This document shows positions 8,856 through 16,996 of a stretch of DNA of 37,480 nt, piece by piece; positions within the stretch are counted from its first letter, which is position 1; each line of letters opens with the position of its first letter. This stretch comes from Verrucomicrobiota bacterium. GTDB taxonomy: Bacteria > Verrucomicrobiota > Lentisphaeria > Lentisphaerales > Lentisphaeraceae. Location: assembly GCA_039798785.1 (NCBI GenBank), contig JBDKFG010000056.1, positions 1-37,480 of the forward strand. Direction: 5' to 3'. The translations under genes and the position numbers were made by a program. Below the pieces are notes generated by a model. That model did no database searches. It was given only the letters and a program-made list of their open reading frames with translations, and was not told where the DNA came from.

Positions 8856-10918
8856 AAAATCTCAGCAGCTTTGCGCTCGCCGCATGCTTGGGCGTCCTCG
8901 GGTCGGGCTGCGCTGACACTGGGGCTGAGAAATTCTTTGCCGGTCGCCGTGCACTGCTCAACAAAAAATTTGGCAAGCGCTCGCCACTTGAATTAGGCTT
9001 GTCCTGGCTGGCTTCCGTCCAGAATCCCGACGGTACTTGGGGTGACGCCGCTCATCCCCAAACTGCCCTGGTGCTGAATAGCTTCCTTGCTGCCGGCGAG
9101 ACGCCGATTTCCCGCGCCTACGGCGATAAAGTCCAGGCAGGTCTACGGGCACTGGCCAGGAAGCCGGAGCGCCCCACCGACATCCAATCCCAGGCACTTC
9201 GTTGCCTTGCGCTTTGTCAAGCCGTCAATTTGGGGTGCGAAAATTTCCGGGAAGCGGCCGAACTCTCGATCGGGCAATTGATCGATGCACATCAACACGA
9301 AGGTCGAGCCGCTCTTTCGTGCTGGGTTTACCTAGCCTTGCAACGAGCCCATGTCATGCAATGCCACGATCCACGATTAGCGGCCACCGCAAACGCCATC
9401 TTGCGTCACTTCGAGGATGTGGCGACCCGGTCGATCGACGATGCGGAATCGCGTGTGGCGGTCTATTATGCACTGCAGATGTCGGGCCGAGCCTGGGACG
9501 ACCATAAAATCCGTTCTGTATTCCACCCCTTGGCGCAGCAGATTTTTGAGGAGGATCGGCAGCACCTCGAATTTGAGCGTCCTGCTCATCTATCGCTCTG
9601 GTATTTCTCGGTCAACGCGGGTTTCCAAGAAGGCGGCAAGATCTGGAAATCCTATCGATCCTTGGCACATGACGCGCATTCACAGTCTCCAGAAGGATCT
9701 TATCGGCAAACTCAGGATAGCAGCGACCTGGTGCCCAGAATCGAAGTCACGGCCCTGCTTTGTTGGATTCAAGCGCAAGTCTTTGTACATTATTCCCCCG
9801 CAGCGGTTCATTGGCCAATGGTCGCCGCCGATGCCTCGCCCCTGAGTCCGGCTGGTGAAGAGGCGGAACAAGAAGAGCCCAAGGACATCATTGGCAGGAA
9901 GTTTGTGCAAGAGGCAGCCGTTCCGATTTTACCTGATCACTACCCCGCTCGTCGCGCTTCCGGCCGGATGGGGCTCACGGTGAAATACGGCGGCAGTTTC
10001 AAGGCCCAACAGGAGCTCGAGAAAAGCCTGGCCTGGCTCGGCTCGCGCCAGAATCCCGACGGCTCCTGGGGCGAGGGCGAGCGCCGGAAACTCAGCGCCC
10101 TGGTGCTGCTGAGCTTCATCACCCACGGCGAGACAAACAAGTCCCGGCTCCATGGCCAAACCGTGCCAAAGGCCTTGGAGTTCCTCCGTGCCGGCAAGAA
10201 TCCCGATCAGGAAGCCGCCGCGATCCGGACCTGCGCCCTCTGCGAATACCTCTCGATCAGCGACGACAGGAACTTCGAAGCGCTTGGACTCGAAGCGGTG
10301 CAGGAGCTGATTGCCGGGATCGGAGAAGCGGACAGCGTCGCGACTCTCGGCTGGACCTGCCAGGCCTTGCGGGCGGCGCAAATCGCCCACTGCCCGGAGA
10401 AGAAGATCGGCCCCGCCCTCGATTCCTGTCTCGAGCGCCTGCTGAAAAAACTGCCGCAGGACTTCGCTCCCAAAGGCAAAGTCGGTGAAGAGAGCCGGGC
10501 CACCGAGCTGCACGCCCTCCTCGCCAGTTCCAAGGCTTGGGACGGCAAATCCCTCCGCCCCGAATTCGCGCCCCTCGCGCAAAAAGTCTTCGAGGAAGAT
10601 CTGCAAAAGCTGGTCTGGCCAGGAGCTTCGCCGCAGTCCCTGCCCGGCTGGTATCGCGGCACCTACGCCGCCTTCCAGCACGGCGGCAAAACCTGGCAGA
10701 ACTGGCGCCGGAAATTCGAACCGATGCTGCGCCAAAACCGCCAGGCCGACGGCTCCTGGAATCCCCCCGGCGTCGCCCAGCCCAGCGCTGTGCAAAGCCT
10801 CGAAGCCACGGCCTACGCCTGCCTGATGCTCGAAGTGTATTACGCCTACCTGCGTTTCCCCGAACAGGCGGCGATCGATCCGGCGACAAAAATGAAACCA
10901 AGCCAGGAGCTCCCATGA
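8852..10918 (+). CDS. Lipoprotein with two prenyltransferase/squalene-cyclase-repeat domains, paralog C
   Basis: ATGA overlap with paralog B. Lipobox LGSGC. Domain 1 has WLASVQNPDGTW; internal ADASPLSPAGE; domain 2 has WLGSRQNPDGSW...RQADGSW...ACLMLEVYYAY. Confidence 0.8.
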   Translation: MKNLSSFALAACLGVLGSGCADTGAEKFFAGRRALLNKKFGKRSPLELGLSWLASVQNPDGTWGDAAHPQTALVLNSFLAAGETPISRAYGDKVQAGLRALARKPERPTDIQSQALRCLALCQAVNLGCENFREAAELSIGQLIDAHQHEGRAALSCWVYLALQRAHVMQCHDPRLAATANAILRHFEDVATRSIDDAESRVAVYYALQMSGRAWDDHKIRSVFHPLAQQIFEEDRQHLEFERPAHLSLWYFSVNAGFQEGGKIWKSYRSLAHDAHSQSPEGSYRQTQDSSDLVPRIEVTALLCWIQAQVFVHYSPAAVHWPMVAADASPLSPAGEEAEQEEPKDIIGRKFVQEAAVPILPDHYPARRASGRMGLTVKYGGSFKAQQELEKSLAWLGSRQNPDGSWGEGERRKLSALVLLSFITHGETNKSRLHGQTVPKALEFLRAGKNPDQEAAAIRTCALCEYLSISDDRNFEALGLEAVQELIAGIGEADSVATLGWTCQALRAAQIAHCPEKKIGPALDSCLERLLKKLPQDFAPKGKVGEESRATELHALLASSKAWDGKSLRPEFAPLAQKVFEEDLQKLVWPGASPQSLPGWYRGTYAAFQHGGKTWQNWRRKFEPMLRQNRQADGSWNPPGVAQPSAVQSLEATAYACLMLEVYYAYLRFPEQAAIDPATKMKPSQELP

Positions 10919-11919
10919 AACTGCCCACCAACCTCTTCGCCCTGCTCCTCGCCAGCCTGAGCACCTTGTCTTACGCATCCGCCCCCGACGCCGCGCCACT
11001 GAGTCCGGTAGAGCCGGCAAAACGGAAATCCCCGCTGGATGAGTTCGAAAATCCGGATGGCTCCTACGGTCAGGCCCGCAAGGTCGAGATCACTTCGCTG
11101 ATGGCCCTCTCCTTCCATGCGAACGGCGAAACGGTCACCTCCAAGCTCTATGGCGAGCGGGTCAGCCGAATGATTCGTTTCTTGACCACGGCCAAGCCGG
11201 AGGACCGCCTCGGTCAAGCCCTGCGCCTCTGCGCCCTGGCGGAGGCCGCTCAATTCAATCCCGAACTCAAGCTCGCCGCCGCCATCGACGAGGCCGCCCG
11301 GACCTTGATCGACGGCAAAGCCGAAGCGGATAACGCCGCCCTCCTCGCCTGGAGCAGCCGCGCCTATGAAGCCGCCAGTTTCGCCGCCTGTCGTCAAGAA
11401 GGCTTGCTCGAAGCCTACCTGCGCACCCAGGAACGCCTGAAGGCTTTGGCCTTGGCCCCTCCCGCCGACGCCGAAAGTCGCGCCGCCGTCCTTTACGCCC
11501 TGGGGCGCGCCGGACGCCTCTGGGGCGACAATTTGAAGATCCGGGAGGAGTTCCAGCCTTTGGCGACGAAGGTTTTTGTCGAAGATTTCGACAGTCTCGA
11601 TTGGCAGAAGGCGCCGCCCCGGGCGATGTCGACCTGGTTCTTCTCGGTCTACGCCGTCTTCGCGGAGGGCGGGCCGACTTGGAAGGAATGGCAAAAAAAA
11701 GCCGTCCCGATGCTGAAAAAGACTCAAGATCCCGCGGGTCATTGGAATCCACCGGGTGAGGACAAACCCAGCGCTGAGGAGAAGCTGCTTGCCACTTCGT
11801 ATGCGTGCTTGATCCTGTCGGTCTATTATCGTTTCCTCCCCAAGCCGGCGGCGGCGGGGCGCGATTTGAGCGCGGCCGCGGCGAAGCTCGGTTGGAAGCT
11901 GCCGGCGGCGAAGCGCTGA
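10915..11919 (+). CDS. Secreted prenyltransferase/squalene-cyclase-repeat protein, paralog D
   Basis: ATGA overlap with paralog C. Signal peptide followed by APDAAPLSPVE. ENPDGSY, GGPTWKEW, QDPAGHWNPPG, ACLILSVYYRFLP. Confidence 0.8.
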   Translation: MKLPTNLFALLLASLSTLSYASAPDAAPLSPVEPAKRKSPLDEFENPDGSYGQARKVEITSLMALSFHANGETVTSKLYGERVSRMIRFLTTAKPEDRLGQALRLCALAEAAQFNPELKLAAAIDEAARTLIDGKAEADNAALLAWSSRAYEAASFAACRQEGLLEAYLRTQERLKALALAPPADAESRAAVLYALGRAGRLWGDNLKIREEFQPLATKVFVEDFDSLDWQKAPPRAMSTWFFSVYAVFAEGGPTWKEWQKKAVPMLKKTQDPAGHWNPPGEDKPSAEEKLLATSYACLILSVYYRFLPKPAAAGRDLSAAAAKLGWKLPAAKR

Positions 11920-11997
11920 GCGGCGGCGCGGGCTCTTGCGCTCCCGGCAAATCCGGGCATTCTTGGGAGCTGTCTGCAACCCGATACGAGAACGCCC

Positions 11998-12363
11998 ATG
12001 TCCGACTCCCTTCTTATCCGCCGTCTTGCCGCAGTTTCCGGCTTCATCACCGTCGGGCTTGGCGCCATGGGGGCGCACGGCCTGCAGGCGACGATTTCGC
12101 AGCTTGAGAAAGGGCCGGAGTGGTGGGCCAAGGCGGTGCTTTATCAAGGACTTCACGCGGCGGTGCTGCTGGCCTTGTCGGCTTCGGCGCGGCCGTCGCG
12201 CGCGGCGGCCTGGTGTTTTTTTGCCGGCTCCGCGATTTTCAGCGGCAGCCTTTACGCGATGGCCCTCGGGGCGCCGCGCTGGTTCGGCGCGGTCACGCCG
12301 CTGGGCGGCTTGCTGCTGCTGGCGGGATGGCTGCTGCTGCTGAAGCGGCGGGACGGCGAATGA
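11998..12363 (+). CDS. DUF423 (YgdD/TMEM256-like) membrane protein
   Basis: VGLGAMGAHGL, AVLYQGLH, IFSGSLY and GAVTPLGG..L..GW motifs. Confidence 0.88.
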   Translation: MSDSLLIRRLAAVSGFITVGLGAMGAHGLQATISQLEKGPEWWAKAVLYQGLHAAVLLALSASARPSRAAAWCFFAGSAIFSGSLYAMALGAPRWFGAVTPLGGLLLLAGWLLLLKRRDGE

Positions 12364-12689
12364 GCGCCGGCACCGATTTCCAGCGTCGGGTATGGGCGGC
12401 CTGCCGCCTGATTCCGGCTGGACGGGTGGTCACCTACGCCGAGATGGCGCGTTTCCTTGAATGCGCCTCGCCCCGGGCGATCGGCCAGGCCCTGCGCCGC
12501 AATCCCGACGCCCCCGCCACGCCTTGCCACCGCATCATCAGCAGCCGCCTCAGTCCCGGCGGCTATTCCGGCGAAGAGGCTGGCCCGGAGCTCGACAGGA
12601 AGCTCGGCCTGCTGGCGGCGGAAGGCGTGCGCTTCCGCGACGGTCTCCTGGCGGAAGCGGAGCGCCTCTGGCAATTCCCCCGGACATGA
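12360..12689 (+). CDS. O6-methylguanine-DNA methyltransferase family protein (C-terminal DNA-binding domain only)
   Basis: FQRRVW..CRLIP.GRVVTY...A...RAIGQALRRNP...PCHRII with the active-site PCHR. ATGA overlap with the DUF423 gene. Confidence 0.88.
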   Translation: MSAGTDFQRRVWAACRLIPAGRVVTYAEMARFLECASPRAIGQALRRNPDAPATPCHRIISSRLSPGGYSGEEAGPELDRKLGLLAAEGVRFRDGLLAEAERLWQFPRT

Positions 12690-12755
12690 GCGGGAACCTG
12701 GCTGCCTGAGAGGTTTCTACAGAGGATCAATTTCCCTACAAACCGAGGAGTGTCG

Positions 12756-14783
12756 ATGAAACTGCGTTCCGCCCTGCCTTGTCTCGCCCTCTTGCTGGCC
12801 GTGCCCGGCCTGGTCGCCGCCGAGGTGCCGCGAATTCTCCAGTCCCAGCCCGAAGCTGCCCGCAAGCTCGAAGCCGCGGCTCCCTTCGGCGACGGCATGG
12901 TGCTGCAGCGCGGCATGCCCGTGCCGGTCTGGGGCCTCGCCACTCCCGGCGCCGAAGTCGCAGTCGAGTTCGCCGGCCAGCGCAAAAGCGCCCGCTGCGA
13001 TGCCCAGGGACGCTGGAGCCTCAAGCTCGACAGCCTCGAGGCCAGCGCCGAAAACCGGGTCCTGACCATCCTCTGCGGCGACCGCAAAGTCGAGTTCAAG
13101 GACGTCCTCGTCGGCGAGGTCTGGGTCTGCGCCGGCCAGTCGAACATGGAGATGGGCGTCAACATGTCGCTGACGCCGGAGAAGACCAAGGCGGAGGCGA
13201 ACGATCCGCTGCTGCGCCTGCGGGTGATCAACAAGGTGATGTCGCCGCTGCCTCGCCAGGACCTGCCCACCGCCTCGGGCTGGCTGCGCGACGAGCCCAA
13301 GAGCCTCGACTCCGGCCACTACGGCGGCTTCTCGGCGGCGGCCTACTTCTTCGCCCGCAAGCTGCGCAGCGAGCTCAAGGTGCCGGTCGGCGTCATCCAG
13401 AGCGCCTGGGGCGGCACCCTGATCGAACCCTGGACGCCGCCGCAAGGCTTCGCCCAGGTCCCGGCTCTGAAGAAGACTTCCGAGTGGCTCGCCAAGGTCG
13501 AGGGCGACTACCGCGCGCAAGTCGGACGGAACCTGGAGGCCCTCGAAACCTTCACCCGCGAAGCGCGCCTCGCCCTCGCTGAAAACCGCCCCCTGCCGCC
13601 GCCACCGCCGGCGATCCAGCATCCGATCGGCAACCAGGGCGTCGCCACGGCGCTCTACAACGCCCACATCAACCCCCTCGTCCCCTACGCCATCCGCGGC
13701 GCCCTCTGGTACCAGGGCGAAAGCAACCTGATCGGCGGCGACACGGCCATCTACGGCGACAAGATGGCGGCCCTGATCGGCGGCTGGCGCCAGGTCTGGG
13801 GCCAGGGCGACTTCCCCTTCTACTTCGTCCAGCTCGCCCCTTTCAAATACAATCTCCCCGCCGAACGCCTGGCGGAATTCTGGGAAGTCCAGACCGCGGT
13901 CGGCAAGACCATCCCCAACACCGGCATGGCCCTGACCAATGACATCGGCACCTTCAACGACATCCACCCCAAGAACAAGCAGGAGGTCGGCCGCCGCCTC
14001 GCCCTGCTCGCCCTCGAGAAGACCTACGGCGTCAAGCTCGCCGCCGCCACCGGCCCGCAACTGCTCTCCAGCAAGATCGAAGGCGGCGCCATCCGGGCCG
14101 AGTTCGGCGCCTGCGCCGCCGGCATCCGCTCCAAGGACGGCCAGCCGCTCCAGGGCTTCGAGATCTGCGGCGACGACGGCGTCTTCGCCGCCGCCCAGGC
14201 CGAGATCGCCGGTCCTTCGACCCTGCTGATCCGCAGCGACAAGGTGCCCTCGCCGGTGCAGGCCCGTTTCATCTGGAACCAGTGCCCGACTCACAACGTG
14301 GTCAACAGCGAAGGGCTGCCGATGAACTCCTTCCGCACTCCCGGGCCGAAGAACCTCGCGCTCAAGGCTCCCTACACCTGCAGCAATCCCAACACCCACG
14401 GCTGGGGCGCCAGCGGCCAGCTCACCGACGGCTCCTGGGCCGCCGACGCCCAAGGCTGCTTCGCCAGCAACGAGGACGACGTCTTCCCCAAGGAGGTCAC
14501 CGTCGACCTCGGCCAGGTCCAGCCTCTGAAACGCCTGGTCTTCGGCGTCCCCGCCTTCGGCTCGACCAGAACCCTGGTCGCCGAAGTCAGCGCCGACGGC
14601 AAGACCTTCCGCGAAGCCGGACGCCAGGTCTTCGAGCAAGGGAAGGAGGCCCGGGCCACTCTCAAGCTGGCCGCGACTCCGGCGCGCTACGTCCGGCTCA
14701 AGGCGATCGACCGCCACCCGCAAGTCAAGCAGTTCCCGGTGGGCTTCGTCTTCATCAGCGAGCTTGAGGTCTACGGCGAATAA
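12756..14783 (+). CDS. Sialate O-acetylesterase (SGNH) with C-terminal F5/8 type C/discoidin-like domain
   Basis: FGDGMVLQRG.PVPVWG, GEVWVCAGQSNME, WGGT.IE.W, GALWYQGESN, DIHPKNK..VG.RLA. C-terminal VTVDLG...ARYVRL...ISELEVY. Signal peptide and GAGGAG RBS. Confidence 0.9.
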   Translation: MKLRSALPCLALLLAVPGLVAAEVPRILQSQPEAARKLEAAAPFGDGMVLQRGMPVPVWGLATPGAEVAVEFAGQRKSARCDAQGRWSLKLDSLEASAENRVLTILCGDRKVEFKDVLVGEVWVCAGQSNMEMGVNMSLTPEKTKAEANDPLLRLRVINKVMSPLPRQDLPTASGWLRDEPKSLDSGHYGGFSAAAYFFARKLRSELKVPVGVIQSAWGGTLIEPWTPPQGFAQVPALKKTSEWLAKVEGDYRAQVGRNLEALETFTREARLALAENRPLPPPPPAIQHPIGNQGVATALYNAHINPLVPYAIRGALWYQGESNLIGGDTAIYGDKMAALIGGWRQVWGQGDFPFYFVQLAPFKYNLPAERLAEFWEVQTAVGKTIPNTGMALTNDIGTFNDIHPKNKQEVGRRLALLALEKTYGVKLAAATGPQLLSSKIEGGAIRAEFGACAAGIRSKDGQPLQGFEICGDDGVFAAAQAEIAGPSTLLIRSDKVPSPVQARFIWNQCPTHNVVNSEGLPMNSFRTPGPKNLALKAPYTCSNPNTHGWGASGQLTDGSWAADAQGCFASNEDDVFPKEVTVDLGQVQPLKRLVFGVPAFGSTRTLVAEVSADGKTFREAGRQVFEQGKEARATLKLAATPARYVRLKAIDRHPQVKQFPVGFVFISELEVYGE

Positions 14784-14835
14784 GCCTGGATTCCGACGCT
14801 GGCAGCCGCTTTGAGCATTTGGGCAGCTGACCCCC

Positions 14836-14864
14836 TTGATAGACTCCGGCTTTCTTCCTACAAT
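14836..14864 (+). promoter_or_regulatory. Putative sigma70 promoter of the TonB receptor-kinase operon
   Basis: TTGATA-17 bp-TACAAT, 45 bp upstream of ATG 14909. Confidence 0.6.
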
Positions 14865-14908
14865 GATCTGGGACGGCTCGACGCCGCTCCGCTGCCAAGG
14901 AGCCGGAC

Positions 14909-16993
14909 ATGCACTCATTCATCCTCGGCGCCATCCTCCAGGGTGGCTTGATTTGCGACGACGAGCCCGGACGCAAGCTCCTCACCCTCGAGGAGCTGCA
15001 AAACGCAAGAATGGACAGCTCTGCTTCGCTGACGGGAGGCAGCCGTCGCGACAGCCCAGCCTCAGTCACCGTCATCAGCCGCGACATGCTCAGACACTCC
15101 GGAGCCCGCAGCCTCGACGAGGCTCTTGAGATCTTCGTGCCGGAATTCTACACCCTCAATCACATCACAACCGGCGCGCACATGTCCCTCAGGGGCATCT
15201 CCTCCGACCTCGACCACAAATTCCTCATCCTCGTCGACGGCGTCGACGTCAACGACCACATCCTGATGGGAGCGGTAGCGGAACGTTATCTTCCCTTGCT
15301 TGGCGACATCGAGCGGATCGAAATGATTCGGGGGCCTGGTTCCGCCATCTACGGCCATGGCGCCATCGGCGGCGTCATCAACATCATCACCCAAAGAGCC
15401 GGAGCAGCCTCCTCCGGACCGGAACTGACGCTGCGGCAGGGATTCTTTGAACGCCAAAGCGCCATGGAAGTGCGGGGCAGCCGTCTCCTCGGCGCCGCAG
15501 AACTCTCCTACTACCTAGGCATCAGCGACTACAGGGGCGCCGACGAACACTATGCCCCGAACAAATATGGCGAGGACGTCCCCCATCTCGGCATCCGATC
15601 CGGCCATGCCCTGCAGGGGACCGAAGCTGATCGCGCGCCGCTCGATCCGACCCCCCTGATGAAAGGCCATCTCGCCTTGAAGATCGAAGACTTCGACACC
15701 TTCGTACGCTTCGTCCATGGCAGCGAAACCCATCAGAATCCCGCCGAGCACTATGTCAAACCCGCCCCCCTGCCACCGGACTTCAAGGACTGGGGGCAGA
15801 CCTACGACCAATGGATCTGGCAGGCCCGCAAGAGCTTCGAACTCAGCCAGGACCTCACCCTGGAGACCTCGATCGGGCTGCGTTATTTCCAGTACGAGCA
15901 ACGCCGCGGCGCCGCCAGCGGCTACGAACCGAAATGGGAGGTGCGCGACCTCTCTCCCTACCTGAAAGCCTTGTTCCAATGGCGGCCCAATGAGGACCTG
16001 CGCATCGCTTTTGGCGGCGGCGCCGACGCCTACTTTGCCAAGACCTACGGACTCACCCGCAGCCCGCAGACCCGGGAATGGAACACTCTCACCCAGCACC
16101 TGATGGGAGAAGCCTCTTGGGACTTCGCCGAACAATGGACCCTGGTGCTCGGCGGACGGGCGGACTTCCACCCTGATTACGACAAGCCCACCTACTCGCC
16201 GCGCACCGGCCTCGTCTTCAAGCCTGGCGACGACGACACCTTCAAGCTTTCCTGGTCGCGATCCTTCCTGCGCGACAGCGAAAACGAATCCCAGGACGAC
16301 ATCGCCGCGCATCGCGCCAGCGACGTCGAATCGATCGAGTCCTGGGAGTTCATCTGGGAGCACCGCCTGGACGACAGCTGGTCGACGGCACTGTCTCTCT
16401 TCACCAGCGACTGGAACCAGGTCGCCTGGGCGGAAAAGTATGTCCGCCAGGCGCCGCTTTCGGAAACCAGGCTGGCTGGCGCCACCGCCGAGATCAAATA
16501 CGCCGACGAAGACTTCACCCTGCGCCTCTCCCACGCCTACACCTTCGTCACCGATCTCCAGGTCGACCGCCAGGCCTTCAACTCCAGCCACATCCCCCAG
16601 GAGATCGGCCTTTCCCCCCTGGCCGAGCATGTCAGCAAGCTCTACGCCCGCTTCGATCTCAGCGACCATTGGTCCATCGACGGCTCCCTCCGCTGCCTCT
16701 GGGGGTTCCCCGAAGCCCGCAAGGTCGCCAAGGCCAACCGCGAACACCTTGCCGCCACCGGCGAATACTTCAGTCCGATGACCAATGGCGACGACACTGC
16801 CTTCGGCCCCAGCCTTTTCCTCAATCTCGGCCTGGAATGGAACCCCAACGACTCCTGGAGCCTGCGCTTCGACGCCCACAACATCCTCGGCTGGATCGAC
16901 GAAGACCTGAACAAGCGCAACAACTGGTACTCGATGTCGCAGTGGCGCGACGAGGCTCCCGCCTTCACCCTCACCGCAACCTACAGGTTCTGA
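14909..16993 (+). CDS. TonB-dependent outer-membrane receptor
   Basis: Plug motifs PASVTVIS, LILVDG and IERIEMIRGPGSAIYG.GAIGGVINIIT; beta-barrel-like remainder; terminal YRF. N-terminal LTLEEL..A.M.SSAS resembles TBDRs encoded next to YfiR-family genes. Confidence 0.9.
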   Translation: MHSFILGAILQGGLICDDEPGRKLLTLEELQNARMDSSASLTGGSRRDSPASVTVISRDMLRHSGARSLDEALEIFVPEFYTLNHITTGAHMSLRGISSDLDHKFLILVDGVDVNDHILMGAVAERYLPLLGDIERIEMIRGPGSAIYGHGAIGGVINIITQRAGAASSGPELTLRQGFFERQSAMEVRGSRLLGAAELSYYLGISDYRGADEHYAPNKYGEDVPHLGIRSGHALQGTEADRAPLDPTPLMKGHLALKIEDFDTFVRFVHGSETHQNPAEHYVKPAPLPPDFKDWGQTYDQWIWQARKSFELSQDLTLETSIGLRYFQYEQRRGAASGYEPKWEVRDLSPYLKALFQWRPNEDLRIAFGGGADAYFAKTYGLTRSPQTREWNTLTQHLMGEASWDFAEQWTLVLGGRADFHPDYDKPTYSPRTGLVFKPGDDDTFKLSWSRSFLRDSENESQDDIAAHRASDVESIESWEFIWEHRLDDSWSTALSLFTSDWNQVAWAEKYVRQAPLSETRLAGATAEIKYADEDFTLRLSHAYTFVTDLQVDRQAFNSSHIPQEIGLSPLAEHVSKLYARFDLSDHWSIDGSLRCLWGFPEARKVAKANREHLAATGEYFSPMTNGDDTAFGPSLFLNLGLEWNPNDSWSLRFDAHNILGWIDEDLNKRNNWYSMSQWRDEAPAFTLTATYRF

Positions 16994-16996
16994 GCC

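Noticed and set aside
6845..11013. Recurrent ~30-nt motif read as integron attC sites or CRISPR repeats
   Set aside because: The copies are in-frame coding sequence about 1-2 kb apart, without attC R'/R'' boxes, and there is no integrase or cas gene.
6800..11919. Calling the array squalene-hopene cyclase / hopanoid synthesis genes
   Set aside because: The domains are about half the size of SHC, are exported, and show no DxDD motif.
12717..14918. 733-aa minus-strand ORF, and similar long antisense ORFs at 15515-16879, 28796-31264 and 31361-32851
   Set aside because: Antisense shadows of well-supported plus-strand genes.
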